Shown here: in pieces, positions 24,511 through 38,848 of the stretch
Layout: each line of letters begins with the position of its first letter
Numbering within the stretch: the first letter of the stretch is position 1
Assembly: GCA_029717555.1 (NCBI GenBank)
Contig: JAMDHS010000100.1
Span: 1-64,000 of the forward strand
DNA length: 64,000 nucleotides
Source: Peribolospora baueri
Taxonomy: Eukaryota
Reading direction: 5' to 3'
Program-made: the position numbers and the translations under genes
The notes under the pieces: generated by a model
Seen by the model: only the letters and a program-made list of their open reading frames with translations
Told to the model about the DNA's origin: nothing
The model's database searches: none

Positions 24511-25806
24511 TTAAGGCCCCAGCTCGCCCATCCAGACCTTCTGCTTCAACAGATCCTTGGCCACCACGACGTCCTTTTTCGCCAACATCTCCTCCACATC
24601 CCAGTTGCTGCTCGAGTATCTGCCCCTGAGGAAGTCGGCTTGCGGCGAGAGTAGCCAGACGACGTAGCCGGCAGCCAGCTCGGGCGTGTCGATAAGAAAG
24701 CCATGCATTTCCTTGGGCGTCCTTGTGCCTAGCGCCGTCCTCACGCCACCAGGGTGGTAGGCGAAAGCACGCAAGCCCTGCTGGCCGTGTTCCACGTCGA
24801 GAAACTGTAGGTGACCGACGACGTTTGAACGTTATCGCAAAGTCAGCCTCTGACGTGTTTCGCCGTCCGTCACGCGGGCGGACACGAATATGCTCACCTC
24901 AACGAAGCGGTTGATATACGTTTTAGATGGCTGGTACGCTCCGAGACGGGGACTGACGATGAGCGCGCCGACGGAGGAGGTGCAGATAACGGTTACTTCC
25001 TTCATGGCTTTAGCCTCATCGTTTCCACAAGCAGCGATGTTGTGGCGCAGGAAGAGCATCGTAGGCGTCGTGGTGCCCTGGACGTGCGCCCTTCACGATC
25101 AGCACGCGGTGATGTCATCGTACACCAAGAGACGTCGGTTCGAGCGCTTATATTCACCTTGATATTCACGTCAAGGACCGTTTCGACTTCATCAATATCC
25201 TGCTTTGCCACTGTACGGGCCTCTTCCAAGTATCCCGCATTGTTAATCTGGATGTGAGGATGCAGCCAAAGTGAAGAGGTGAAGGGCACGTCAAGCGAAC
25301 GCCCAATTTGCCGTCATCTCGCTCGCCCTCTAACCGCGGACTCGAATCGCTTACCAGAATATCAATCTTGCCAATGCCCTCTGACGTGAGCTTGTCGAAC
25401 AGGGCCTCGACGCTAGCGCGGTTCGATACATCGGTGGAGTGTTTGATCACATTTATGCCGCCGTCCACCTTCTTCACTTCGACTTCAACCTCGTCAAGCT
25501 GAGACGTCGTTCGGGCCGTCAAGACGAGCGTGGACACACCCGCGTGGGCGAGGGCAGAGGCGATGGCCTGGGCGACGGGGAGGTCGAGGCGAGCGGGATG
25601 AACGAGATGGCCGCTGCCAAGTGATACCGGTCGGGCCTGCATTTTTAAAATGCTGCGCTTACCTTGCCGATTCCCCTACTGGCGCCGGTGACCACCGCTA
25701 TCTTTCCCTTTTGCAGAGAGCCTTTGAGCGTCGTCTTGGGGTCGATGGCGGGGTAGACGTCGTTGCGAAGGGACTTGGTAAACTCGAGAGGTCGTACGCT
25801 TGTCAT
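24511..25806 (-). CDS. Short-chain dehydrogenase/reductase
   Basis: VVTGASRGIG, INNAG, CTSS, catalytic YQPSK (YxxxK), AYHPGGVRT, DTPELAAG, NWDVEE. Confidence 0.93.
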
Positions 25807-26066
25807 CTTGTGTCGATTCGGTCACAGAGCAGGTGTTGAGGGTAGAGCGGTAAACGACAGCGCAAGCAAGATGGGAGCGATCTAAACGAGGCTCGGTGAA
25901 AGTCCGATGGAAGTGGCTTTATTATATAGTAGGCAGCAGGTTCGATTTGTAATTTGGTTCGGAGGCAATTGACCTGCTTTCTTCTTTCTCGAGAAGGTCA
26001 AGCCATGTCGATCTGTTTTGGACACAGTGGAGGTGGAGGTGGAGGCCATTCAGGAACCGTGTTGTC

Positions 26067-26093
26067 TCACGTGATGCTTACGAGCTCACGTGA
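26067..26093. promoter_or_regulatory. Two TCACGTGA palindromes (bHLH E-box candidates) in the divergent SDR / GHKL-protein promoter
   Basis: tcacgtga at 26067-26074 and 26086-26093. Confidence 0.4.
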
Positions 26094-26336
26094 CCTACCG
26101 CAAGGTGGGCACGGGTCATCTGAATACTCGGAGATGCACTTCTGGCGTCTTACGACAACCGAGCACCGCTGCGAGGCACTCTGTTTAAGCACATAGTCGT
26201 CTCCAACCCACGCCACGGTCCTGTTCCACCCCTCGACGACGTTGCCAAAGTCTCCGAGCTTTGCACGTTTGCGTCTTAGGTGGAAAGGAACGACCTGTTC
26301 GTTCGATCCGGCGACAAAACTTGCGCTGTTCTAAGG

Positions 26337-29300
26337 ATGGATCTCGGGGACGAGGCAAGACGAGCGCTGCAGGAGACAGGTCAAGATGAGGCTGTCGAAG
26401 TGAACCAGAGGGCGCTCATTGACAAGGTGAGACAGGCGTTGCCAAAGCAAGGACGGCGCTGTATTCCTCTTTGCCCGCGGCTGCGATCTTCCACAGACAT
26501 GCGCCAGAAATCGCCCTGACGTCACGAATCGCTACTCCTGCCATTTTGTGATTCAGATCCTTGCCCGCTACGCTGCCGAGGTGAGCGCCAATGGGTGGCT
26601 ATCCTGAAGTAATACAACCTTTCTCATCTGCGTTGCCTACTAACCGTCCCTGCAGTTCAGTTCCATTCGCGAACTGCTGCAAAATGCCGATGACGCAGGC
26701 GCCACATGCTGCGAGTTGCGGTTCGAGACAGTCAAAACCTCGTCTCCGCCTTCTCCATCTGCCTCCCAGCCGTCACCGTCCAGTGAAAGCTCCCTCCCGA
26801 CTGTAAATACTCCAGACCTGGCAGCCCTTCTGGGCCGATGGGTTTTCAAGAACGATGGCAAGCCTTTCACACAACAGGACTGGACGCGGCTGCGCCGCAT
26901 TGCCGAAGGGAATCCGGATCCAGACCGCATCGGTAAGTACAAGGAGTGTTTCCGTCTCCAGTTTGGCAGTGAGAAGAAGAGGCGGCTGGCGATACACACA
27001 TACCGACACGTACTCTCTACGCAGGCGCATTCGGTGTCGGCTTCTACTCCCTTTTCTCAGTCTGCGATGAGCCTATTGTCAGCTCTGGCGGCGAACTCAT
27101 GGGTTTCTGTGAGTCTACTTTGTGAATATGGCCAAATGTCTGCGATCGTAGGGGTTCTGATTCGCCCCCCCGCCTGGCCATCATCCCCTTCCCACTTCGT
27201 CTCAGTTTGGAAAGGAGATGCCCTTTACACTCGGCGCGCAAAGACGTCTGCTAGTGACAATGAGTTGTCTCCGGAAGGAAAGACCTGGACCACGTTTTTC
27301 ATGCCGTTGAGGGAGCCAGCTCCTTTTCCCGAGTCACCTCTTGAGCTTGCCCGCTTCCTCGCTACCAGCCTCACATTTACATCGAACTTGCGGCGCGTTC
27401 GACTGTGTTTTGATGATGTGGAACTTGCCAGTCTGTGAGTGCCATTTCCTCCATGTAAGCACCTATACGTTCGTCGTGCTCACCGTTGTCGTTGCGGGAC
27501 GTGGTGTCCTGCCAGCACCAAAGCATTGGCACCGGCGTCGACCATCTCCATTCCCTCTTCAATCAAGACGACCTCCCCTCAAAAGGTCTTGTCGGTGACG
27601 TCGATGGCCTCGACGCCTATGCAGATAGACCTCTCTGTCTTGCCTCTGGTTCTTCCCAAGCCTGTCAAAGACGTCCAAATCAACTTCAAGTCCATCGCCG
27701 CCTTGACCAAGTCAGGTGGTACATTTGCCAGCATGCTGTCCAGCGCGTTTGGGAGAAAAATGGAAAAGCGGGACGAGAAGTTGGATAAGACGGATAAGAC
27801 ACCAGAGCCGCCGGAAGAGCCGGTAGATCTCCTCAAGGCGGTTAAAGCGACTGCTCATTTGCGAATCGTGAGCGCTAGCGTCAAAGTACGCGTGGACAAG
27901 ACGCTTTCCAGGGAGCTGGAACGGGCGACAAAGGTGGGCAGCGTCATCTTTCTCGTGTATTCGCTCGTCGACCTGTTTTCTTATTGCGTTTCACCATCGT
28001 GAACACAGAAACCGCCTCCGTCCAATACTGCTGTGCAACTTATTTTCACCACAAGGGACGAGTACGCAGCTAGTGGCTATGGGGACGAGGGACAAAAGCA
28101 GGGCACGAAGGATAGGGACCCCAAAGCTGTATTCGAGGGCTTGATTCCAAAGCTCGAGTCACAGGGCAGAGTGTTTATCGGGTTCAGGTGGGTATACGCG
28201 GTGCGGCTGTTGATCCCGGTTTTTTAATTGTTGATGGAAGGCGTCGAACATTGATGTCTGTCCTCTTCTTTTGTCTCCACCAGAACACACCAGACTACAA
28301 GTATCTCGGGACACCTGGCCGCGCGCTTTATCCCGACGGTCGAACGGGAGTCCTTGGACTTTATTGATCGTTTCGTTGCAGCCTGGAACAACGAACTTCT
28401 TTATATTGCTGGTGTTGTTGCGCGCACCGTGTATGAAGACGAGATGCAGACGGTGGCGCGGCTGTGGCAAGAGACGGTCACAGGTGACTCCTCTCAAAGC
28501 GAGGGACCCAAGGAATGGCTTCAACAGCGAGCCCTGCACACTCTCAGGTTCTTCACTTGCCGGGCGTCCACTCGTGAGTCACGTTTCTCAAGAAAGCTCT
28601 TCGCAATGACTCTGACTGATTCGCATCCTTTGAGTTCTTAGCTTCCCCTCGAGTCAGCCAGGCGATCGAGTCGACGTTCTTCAGCAGCAGCCGCCATTCT
28701 GTGCTCCCTTTGATGTCATCTGCTGGCATAAAGCCGTCAAGCGAGGTTCGCTTTCCAAATGAGCAGCTTTCAGCTTTCCTCAAAGAGCTGCCCATCATCC
28801 CGCCAGCCCATGTGGAAGCGGCGCATGACATGATGGAACAACTGCGACAGCGCAATCTCGTATCGGATATTACTTTGACCGACGTGTTCTCCGAACTTTC
28901 AAAGAGACCACTCTCCTTAGATGAGACTGTGGCATTATTCCGATGGTGGATTGAACTGTCCGGTCAAGTCGGCTTCGAATCCAGCTGGCGACAGAACTTA
29001 GTGGAGAATGCCATTGTCGCTCTTCCTGACGACCGCCTTCAACCTCTTTCGATGGTCACCCAATACCTCAACCCTAAACATATACCGACCGACGTCCCGT
29101 TACCGTCAACTTGTCTCTACTACGACGTCACAAAACATTTTGCGCCTCAAGATCTCACTAGGGTGTTTGGCTTCGTCGAATTGTCTCTCGTGGAGTGGAT
29201 GCAACACCTCCGCGAACTCTCCGTGCCCTCCTCTTCGACCACTTCGACAAGTTCAAGCTTGACGAACATTCAACTATCGCCCGCTTTTGCGGTGAAGGTT

Positions 29301-32300
29301 CTCCTTATTCTCGCCCGCGCTTGGCCATCGCTTCCCGCGCATCGCCAACAGAGTCTCAAGGAGATAATGCAGGGGCTTACCTGCGTCCCGACGAAGCAAG
29401 GCATGCACAAGCCGCAGGACGCGTACTTCAGCATGGTAGACCTCTTCCCCGACTTGCCAATCGTCTACTTTCCGACGGCACCTGTGAAAGGCAACTTGGA
29501 GAAATTGCTTGCCGCGCTGGGAGTGAGGAAACACGTAGAGCTGCAACTGGTCTTTAGCCGGCTGATTGGAGCGGGTGAATGGTCTCACATAGGTCAGTCT
29601 TCTATTCCTAAATTTGAGTCTAGCAAGACCAGTACTTGACCCCTTTCTCTCTGCATCTCCTGACGTTTAGACCTTTTGCAATACTTGGCCGAGGTCAAAC
29701 ACACCTTGAGCGCAAACGAAATGGATAGACTTCGAAAGACGGCCATATTTCCGTGCGTTTACATGATCTTGGCACCTTGCGTGCCACATCGGCCCATTTC
29801 CTGACCATCCCTGACTACCCGTATTGATCGAGAATCGTTCATTCTTTCTACAGTAAGGAAGGGGAGCCGAAAGGCTCGCCTGGTCCTTCTGGACGACCGA
29901 GGACCATTCGTTATCGTGCGTCCGAACTCTTCGAACCCACGGCTTCCCTGCGCAAGTTGGGCCTACCGCTGATAGATTGGACCGGTACAAAGCCTTGGAA
30001 GCCCACGTCCGAAGAAGGTATGCTACCGCGCATCAGGTCGTGCACTTTTGTGTTGATTATCGATTTAGTTGACTTACTGATGCACGCTTCGTTTCGTCCT
30101 CGACTTTTCCAGCGAACTTCTGTTTCAGCCTTGGACTTCTCCGCATACCCCCTTTGGACCAGATTCTTAATCTGGCTTCCCATCCTAGCAACAGTAGCCT
30201 TCGCACGACAGCTCTGGAATTTTTCTTCGAGCGCTACCATACTCATTATGAGAAGGAGTACTCGCCCAAGGCTGCAGCAAGCTTTGCATTCGTTCCAGCG
30301 CTCGTGGGAGATGATACGAAAGCTCAGCTCAAGCCACCGACCGACGTGTTCACTAATTCGGCCGCCCGGATCATGCGTTGGCCGATCGTCGACACTGGGA
30401 TCTCGAGCGTTGACATGGCCAAATTGAAATTGAGGCTGGATCCTCCAGCATCGCAACTCATCGAGCGCTTGGTCAATTCTCCCCCTAGGGAGCACGACCT
30501 GGCTAGGAAGGTATTCGAGTACTTGGCTGGAGTGCAATGTGAGTGAACCGTCCATGGCGTCTTCCGTCTGGTTCCTGACCGTAAAGTCATTCTGCGTCGC
30601 GCAACTTCGCTTTCAGCCTTCAATCTCAACGATTATCAACTACTACGCGATGCCTCGTTCATCCCCGTTACGAGCAAAGATAAAAAGGCGCAGGACGGCG
30701 TCGTCTTCGTCCCTCCTTCCGCCGCTTACTTTGCTTCGACCTCGTCGGGCACCCCACAATTTGCGGAGATCTTCAGCTACATTGACTTTGGGCCAATCGC
30801 CGGCTCCTTCCTGCAAAATTGCGGTGTGCGGAACGAGCCATCCATCGACGAAGTGGCACAAGCTCTTGTTCGGGAGCCGCGCCGTTTCTTCACGCTTGCT
30901 GGAGGGTCTGAGAAGTGGGTGTCGTACTATATGGTGTACATTCAGGACTGGTGTCTAATCCCTTTGTGGACGTTCTTAAATCACCAGATATTGCGGGATT
31001 CTGCGATCAATCGCGGCTAGTTGGACCGTCCTCAAAGCCCCGCTTCGCTCGGAGATGAAGCGTTCGGCCTTCCTCTTAGGTTCCCGACGCGTAGCATCCT
31101 CGGATGGCACTGCGAATGCAGAGGATGATGAAGATGATGACCAATCCCCGCTGGAATACTCTCTTCGGTGAGCGCATCTGGATCAAATACGCCACGGCGG
31201 CGTGTAGAACATTTGAGGTCGCTCAAGCTGCTTTTCTTCTCGCACTGATCGGCAGCTTGGCCTCCGAGATTGTCGTAGGGGACGACCCTAACTCCTCGCA
31301 GCTGTTTGCGTCGTCGCTCTTCTTTGCTCCCCATGAAGATATTCTGACAGAACTCTACGAGCGTCTTGGATCCCCTCGCTTGAGGTGAGTTTGTTTGCTG
31401 GGATAACTTAATGGGCACCTGCTTATATTCGCTTTCCTACATCAGCTCCTTGGTCAAAGAGCGGTATGATGTGTTGGGAGCACCGCGCGGAGGCGTGCCG
31501 CTCGCGGAAGAAGTCAAGGTCAGTACCGTAGGAAGCATGCTTGACTGACTTATGATACCAAGCTGATTAGCCATTCCTTGAAAATTGTCTAGGCTCGCGT
31601 CCTTGAAAGGACCCCTCTTTTCCTACTGGAGAAAAAGCGCGCTGGGAGGTCCGAAGTTCTGCGGGAGGTGGACTGGCTGAAGAGATCCCTACAAGTATTA
31701 GTCGTGGGCGGTCGTGGCTTACATCTTACACGGGAGCTTCGTTTCGGCAAGGTCCACGCGACAAATGCTCAGGTCGTCAGCGCGACAGCAAGCTTGAAAG
31801 AAGGGATTCTGCTCCTCTACATCTCGGAAATCATTGAGGTTGACTGGTTTGAGGTTAGTGCTTCCCAAATGCTGTCCTTGTGGCCTGCCCGACTTTTCTC
31901 TCGCTGATAAGTGGCTGACCCACCGCATTCCACAGGTAGCAATGTCGTTAAGCAAATTCCTCGTCGCTCGTCAACGATTACCCGAGATCTTGCTCTTTGA
32001 GAAGCTTCTCTCGACATCTGTTCGTACAGCTGGTTGTTGGACTGCGAGGCTGGTAGCAAAGTCCTCTCTGACTATCCTTCCTCTACTTATCTTGGATGAC
32101 AGCTCCGCAATCTTAAGCGAAGAGGCTTCCATGTCGATCGGATTCTCGCCCAAAGGCGAGCAGACCGCGATGCCGCAGAGCAGCGGATACGAGAGGAACG
32201 ACTCGCTGCCGAAATGGAAAAGGTCGAACCCAAAGGCCCTTCACAGAGCGAGCTGCACGACTACAAGCAACGACTGCTGTCCGCCTTCCCAGATGCGGAC

Positions 32301-33607
32301 CCGGCCTTTATCGATGCACAGCTCGCTGGAGAGAAGGAAGACCATGTGCGGCGTATTTCCGACCGTATGATCGGTGATCCCAGTTACCCGAAAAGACCGC
32401 AAATTGCACCAACAATCCCCGCTGATCGTGGAAATCCGTTCCCAATGACGGGCGGGACATCGTTCCTGCAGTCGTTCAAGCGTCGGTTTGGAGGATCACT
32501 CGCTCAGGCCCAGACGCAAAACGGCCGACGCTCCTCTATTTCAGAAAAGGAGCCGAACATTCCCGGTGCCTGGGAAAACGAGGGGCGGCCGACGCCTTCT
32601 CGCCACTCCCATAGTCAAGACGATTCCCAGCTCGAAACCACTTTCCCGCGACCGCCCCGCTTGCCAGATTCATCGGCCCATGTTACACCTCAATCGGACA
32701 TCCGGCGCAACGTCCTACGAGCCATCCATGCCTCCAAGCCGGAAAACACCAGCCTGGTTCAGAGCCAGGGCTTGGTTAAAGAGGTTTCCGAATCCAAGAG
32801 CAGCTATTGCGACGCTGGCGCCGCTACGGACTTACGACTGGCTGGCGAAGGTAAGCCGCGGTTGCGGTCACAGTTCGGCGTCTGTCCTCCACGCCTTTCT
32901 AAGTTCATCTGTCTCTTACCCTTTGTCCAGTTCGAGGCCTCAAGTTTTATGTCTCCAACGACGAGACTGACGATGCTCTCAGTCGTCATAGCGAAGCCCT
33001 CGGGGTGAGACACTACGAGCAGAGTCTGGATGCGAACGGGGCAGCCATGGTGTACTCAGCGTTCTCGTTATCTCCTCTCAGCGTCTAATCGACCATGTAT
33101 ACAAGCCTGTGGCTTCCATATTTGGTCTCGATCCTCGTTGCATCTCTGTCTTCCTCGATCGGGCTGGGCCTTTAATCGCTTTCAACAGGGCCGGTCACAT
33201 CTATTTGAACTTGCGATAGTGAGTGCTTCATGATGAGCCACTGCTCTGTCGCTGGCCGGAGCTCAATCGTTGGCTCTTCCTACCCTTCTCTCTCAGTTAT
33301 CTTGCCTGGCACGATGAAGAAGTGAAGACAGGGCAGCTTACGAACGCCTTGATAAGCGTGTGGAGCAGCGTGGCGCATGAGCTCGCTCACAACATCGTCG
33401 CCGAACACAATTCGGAGCACGAATGTGAGTCAAACACGTGGGGTTTCCACTCGAAGGGATGTGTCCCCGGCCTGCTCGCCTGCTGCTGTGCGCGATGAAG
33501 ACTCACATCCACTTGCTGTTGCCTTCGAATCTGCAGTCTATTACTCGTCTCTGTGCGAGTATACCTTCCTTCCTTTGTCGAAGCACCTTGCCTCCCTTTC
33601 GCAGTGA
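26337..33607 (+). CDS. Large sacsin-like GHKL (HSP90-like) ATPase, probably DUF3684 family, with C-terminal HExxH zincin-like domain
   Basis: EVNQRALIDK|ILARY, RELLQNADDA, NDGKPF, IAEGNPD..IG|AFGVGFYSLFS, FIGFR|THQTTG-like, FIPTVERES; C-terminal IAFN, AHELAHN..HNSEHE; many consensus introns. Confidence 0.85.
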
Positions 33608-34052
33608 CATGGACCCGTGGTTGGTCCGCGTAGACTGTTTCGTTTTGGATGGACCCATGTTTGCATATCCACTCATCCTCGAAATTTACTTGCCACGACG
33701 GTCAGGACTGTATGTCTAGAGCTCAGTTTGAAATCTTGACGTCATCGCTTGAAGCCTGCAGAATGTCCGCGCCACATCCGTATATAGCTGTTGCTGGGCC
33801 GGAAACTGCTGCACAGTCCGTCCAACCTGGATGTATCCTTCACTATCCCAATGGGCTACTATCACTCGAAGCTGAAACGTGAGACGTGTGCCCGCCGTCG
33901 TGCCTACCCACGACGTGTTCGTCGCGAGGCAGCGGACCGAACAAACGTCCTGGATTGCTGCGGCGCATGCTTAGTCATCAGACCTTCGCCTACGTCCACT
34001 CACTCGTCGCTCACCTCTCATATTCAACGCAACTTACGAGCTCGCTCAGACC

Positions 34053-36113
34053 ATGTCTGGACACCGTTTTGCGCCGTCTCCACAAGACGACTCTGCCTCA
34101 GTGGTATACCCAAGAGAGGTACCGGACAAGGTAAGTCTTTACTCTCAGAGTACTAAAGTAGCGGCAACGATAGCAGCGTTATCTGGCGGCTGGAGGTACA
34201 CCGTCTGGCCGATTGCTCCAGCGTGCTCAGTCAGCGCTTCCTCTACGCTTGTCAGTCGGCACTACCCTTTATTCCTTTTTACCTCTTTCTTTTCGTTTTT
34301 ATAGTATTCTCAGAGTCCTACACAGTTGGGTAATGGTCTCAAGCGCCCTCGATCGCCCTCGCCGCCTTCTAGCCCCGATCCTACCCCTCTATCCTCACCC
34401 TCACACTCCCGCTCTCCCTCGCCCTCCATCGCCGCTCAAGAGGGTCCGCGAGATGGCGATGAGTACGACGCTCACTGGGGACTAGGTGCTGGGGAGGATG
34501 AACCGGTTGCGGCTGGCCTCGATACCAGGTTGAGCAAGGACAGTATTGGATACAAGTGGCTGCTTAAAATGGGATGGGTAGAGGGAAAAGGGTTGGGTGT
34601 TGATGGACGAGGTGGGTACACACACAGATCTTTTTCCTGTTCCAATTTATTTTTGACGTTGGGCGGGTATTTGTTCCTCCACCAGGTCGGACCGATCCCG
34701 TGCCCATCTCCCACAAGCGCGACTCGATGGGCGTCGGCAAGGCAAACCAAGACTTCCGAGTGATCGCCGCCACCGTCAGCCAAAGGAAAGAGTTGGACTC
34801 GGAGCGAATGAGCCGAGAGACTGTTGAGGAGAGGAAACTGCGCGAGCAGGAGGTCGATCGTAAGGCGGCCATCAAGGAAGAGCTTTCAGGCATTTTGAAG
34901 ACGTACTACTGCGAGCTGTGCGACAAGCAGGTTAGTCTTTTCCTCTGGGCTGTGTTTCTAAGTGTTAGAGCTGACTAGTTATCGATTCCCTATACATGTC
35001 AGTATCAACTTCCCAGCCAATATGAGACGCATTTGACAAGTTATGACCATCACCATAAGAAGGTGAGCATGCACGTGGACCGCTCGGGTCGCACACGCGG
35101 TCGTCTCAAGCATCCCTTTCCATCTTCGGCCTTTACAGAGGTTGAAGGAGATGCTAGCAACCCAACGATCTTCGTCAGCATCACAAGCGGCCGTCGAGAA
35201 GAGAAAGGAGAAGGAACGGAAGCGCGAGGAGAAGGAGATGAAGAGGTTGGCCGGAGCCGCCGGAGTGGCTTTGGGAGGTGGTCTTCTACCGCTTTCGTCC
35301 GCAAGCTCTTCGGCGAAGACCGTGAACGAAGGCGGCTCGAGAGGGACTAGCACGGCCAATGCAAAATCCTCTGGCAGTGGATGGAAGAGCGTCGGTGGCA
35401 GTGGGTGGAGCTCGGTCGGGTCTTCGCGTCCAACAGACACAGGTGCCTCCCATGACAGCAAAGGCGGACGGGGTTCCCCCGTCCCCTCCCAGGTCACTTC
35501 TCGAGGCGGCGGTTGGGCTGTCGTAGGCTCTCATGCCAGCACCACATCTTCCCGCACTGTTCAAGCTGCTTCCAATGCTCCGTCAACAAGACATGCGCCT
35601 CAAGGTTTCCAGTTCGGTGGCGTTGTCACCCTCAACTCGTCTTCTGATGCTGCTCGTGGGGGTGCACTGATAGCCGGGTCAGGACCGCACGGGGTAGTTG
35701 GTGAGGGTGTCAAGAGTGGAGGATGGGCTTCGATAGAAACGCCCTCGTCTGGAAACAAGCCCCGCTTCACTGGTATGTCTTATTTTTGGATGATGGCCCA
35801 TACCCGCTGGTAACAATATTTCTATGTTTTCCAACTATTTTCATTTCCTGACCATTATCTATCTCAAGCAAACTCCGAGCCATCGTCGCTCTCTCCCTCG
35901 ATTAGACTTCGTCCGCCTGCTCCAAGTGGACCGGTACCGGTTCCTCCGATGGGGGATGCCCCACCGCCTCCCCCCCAGGGACCACCGCCAGCTGCGCCGC
36001 CGACGGATCCTGCTCCATTTCCAGGGGGACCCAGCCTTGGCAGGAGTGACGGAAAACAGGCTTCAAAGTGGGGTCGCGGAGGATGGCAAGCTCCTGGCTC
36101 ATGGGGCCGGTGA
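34053..36113 (+). CDS. G-patch domain + C2H2 zinc finger protein (GPATCH8-like)
   Basis: DSIGYKWLLKMGWVEGKGLG G-patch; YYCELCDKQ|YQ..YETHLTSYDHHHKK zinc finger; Gly/Trp-rich tail. Confidence 0.88.
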
Positions 36114-36875
36114 TAGGCGCCTGTCATTAGGTGGAGTTGTCGTCGAGATGCTACCAAGACCTGTCCCGCGGTCGGACCTAAATGCAGTCCGTGTGACTTC
36201 TCTGCCATCGTCCTCCTTTCTGGCGGCACAACGCCGCTGGAAGACAGGTTAAGATAGGTCAAGTCATGGCAGAGCTTGCGCCGTCCGGCTCTCGAGTCTC
36301 ACGGCAGACGTTAGAGACCGATCGAAGGTTTGCACTTAGCCTCTAGTAGGCTTCCGCATATGAAACCTGCCGCCCTGTTGCTTCTCTTGAGCTATCGAAA
36401 AGGGGTCCGATCATGCAGACGGCCACGCCCAAAGTCAGAGTACGTTTACAAAATGCTTAACTACGACACACCGGTTCTGCTAATTTCGAATGGTCAAGAG
36501 CGTAGACGTAAAAGTCCTAACATATCAAGCAAGTCCGCATGTTCACTTCGAGCAAGCAGCTGCTCAAGCTTCATATCGAGTGATATGCACCATCGTAAGG
36601 TACAGTACATAGAGCGGAAGGATTTTCTCCGATGCCACGTCCATGAACGCCGGGGCCGTGACGGGCACGAACACCGACGCCGTCAACGTTTGCCTGGAAG
36701 TGAGCTTAAACTGAACAAGCGCTTTGTGGACCAGTCCCCTAGAGGGCACGCGGTGCCGCTTGCTTTCGCTGGCTTGAACGGCCGCCCGTCGGAAAAGTCT
36801 GCACACATGAAACGGGAACAGTCTGAGGTTAAACCTTTGAGCCACTGCCACTACTAGTACAAGAGAGAGAGGTCT

Positions 36876-38848
36876 TCAAGCCCTCGACTGCTGTTGCTGC
36901 TGCTGAGCCCTACGCTCCTCAAAAAAGGCCTGAATATCTTTCTCCTCGATGACTTTCCCCTGTCGCGCAAATGGAGCGAGGAACGCCATCAAATCCTCTC
37001 GCATGCTCTGATATTCGTGCACTGCGTCGAGAGCGCGGTCTCGGGGTATGCGGGCGAGCGCGGCCACGCCGAGGTCGAACGTCGATTTGCCTTCGAGAAG
37101 GAAAGGAGAGCAAGGCCACGAAATGCTCAGCGCCTCTAAGGTCTATTGCTTCGTTCCAACAAGTAAATGGGACCCACCCGCATCCGAGTCCTCTTCCGGT
37201 ACGTATTGCTCCTCTTCCTCCATAAGATATGCCTTGTCAGAGACGAGGTGCAAGCACTGGAGCGGCCAGACAAATCCGTCACCACACAGGACCACAGGTC
37301 GACACGCCTGAAGTTATCCACTCACATTCTTGCAGCGGCAGAGCTTGTCACGAAAGGTAGACTCCAGATACAGGTCGAGCCTGCCCGTCGCGGTGTCATC
37401 CCTCGGTTTGACCGCGAGTGCCGCGTGCACCATCGGGAGTACTTGTGGTCTGGAGCAGGACTGTTCCGGGCCACTCCCGTCGCTGCTATTCGCGCTATTC
37501 GAATTAGGACCGCCTCGCGCCCTCTTAGCCAGCACCGCACCATCTCCATCGGCATCCGGAGTGTCTTCAGCTTTACGCTTCACGACAGCCCCGTCGAGTT
37601 GGCTGCTGGATTCAATTGAAGGGTTGTCAAGCTCTCTCAGAACGGAGGCCCCACTGGACAATGCTGCGTCCTGTGCCTGCTCGCCGCCGCCCGCTTTTGC
37701 GCGCTCGCTTTCGGCGACATCGTCATGAGAGCCTTCGATAGCCGCCAGCTTTGAGCTCGTAGAGTCACTGCTATGCGCAGATTCGGATGGTAGGGCTACC
37801 AAGAATCCGGACGATCCAGCGTATGAGAGCAGGCATTCGTTTTCTGGCTTGCGGGCACAAGCGTCGCAGATAAGGGTGTCAAAGTCTTCGGGATCGACGG
37901 CAAGCTTGCGGCCGTTGTGAACCGAGTTACTCTCATCGACTTCGGACCCGTCTTGCCCGGGGTCGACTTCGCCCTCCGCTGGCTCCACCCCAATTGCAGC
38001 ATTACGACCGCATGGGGGGACTCGAACAGTGTCGGACGAGGATGCTGACATGGACAGGCAGGACTCATGAAACCAGTCTTCGCATATCAAGCACTGGAAC
38101 ATGGTCTGGAAAGACAACAGCAGTACCCATTGTCAGCGTAGACGAAATGGCACTGCACGAGCGAGTCACTCACGTCCTCCTCTGTCTCAGGGTCATAAGA
38201 CATTCCCCTGGGACAATAGCAGAATTGACCTGACAAGCGCAAACGAGAAGTAACGAGACAAGTGAGAGGGCATCGCTTGAATCACTGAATAAAGGCTAAC
38301 ACGCCTACTTACCGTTGAAGTTCTTGTCGTAGCGATTTCTCTGGGAGAGCCCACCAGATGACGAGGCTAAGCCGCCTGCTCCCGACCTTGTCACGTCATG
38401 AAGCATGTCAAACGTACTTCGTTTCGACGGGCCTCGTCTGATCTAAGAAGGGTACACAATGTGCCTGCCTTGCCACAGTCACATCGAAAATCGCGGCGGT
38501 AGAATAGCTCGACGAGGTCATGTTCTATCCGAGATGTGACCACCAAGAGGAACAGCGGTTTCAGATGCGGGGCGGTGAGATGCGCAACAAGAACGGGCGC
38601 CGCTCTTAAAGACAGTGCCGACCGAGTTGGGCGCAAGATAACTCACGAGAATGGCAAGAAACAGAACAACCAGCGCAGACGCCTACGTCGGGCCCGCATG
38701 TCTTGCAAGAGTAGACTGGCTGTTTGATGTAACCTTTAGCATAGGTGCACGAAGAGAAGGAGAAGGGGATGGCTTGCCGGGCCTCCTCCTCAAGCTGCAG
38801 CTGACGAGCAATGAGGTCGAGGGCGGTCACCGTTTCAGCGTTACCCAT
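36876..38848 (-). CDS. UBR-box / PHD-like E3 ligase, UBR7/Mlo2-like
   Basis: CTYAKGYIKQPVYSCKTC..CAGCSVSCH, LVELFYRRDFRCDC, MFQCLICEDWFHESC, LICDAC, LCRC, DIQAFFE. Confidence 0.9.

Noticed and set aside
729..25806. Possible secondary-metabolite cluster (two dioxygenases, a methyltransferase, an SDR)
   Set aside because: There is no PKS, NRPS or terpene backbone gene, the genes are interspersed with housekeeping genes, and the methyltransferase looks like a protein lysine MTase
33220..33300. TGATGA in an intron as a box C/D snoRNA
   Set aside because: The intron is short and has no downstream CTGA box D
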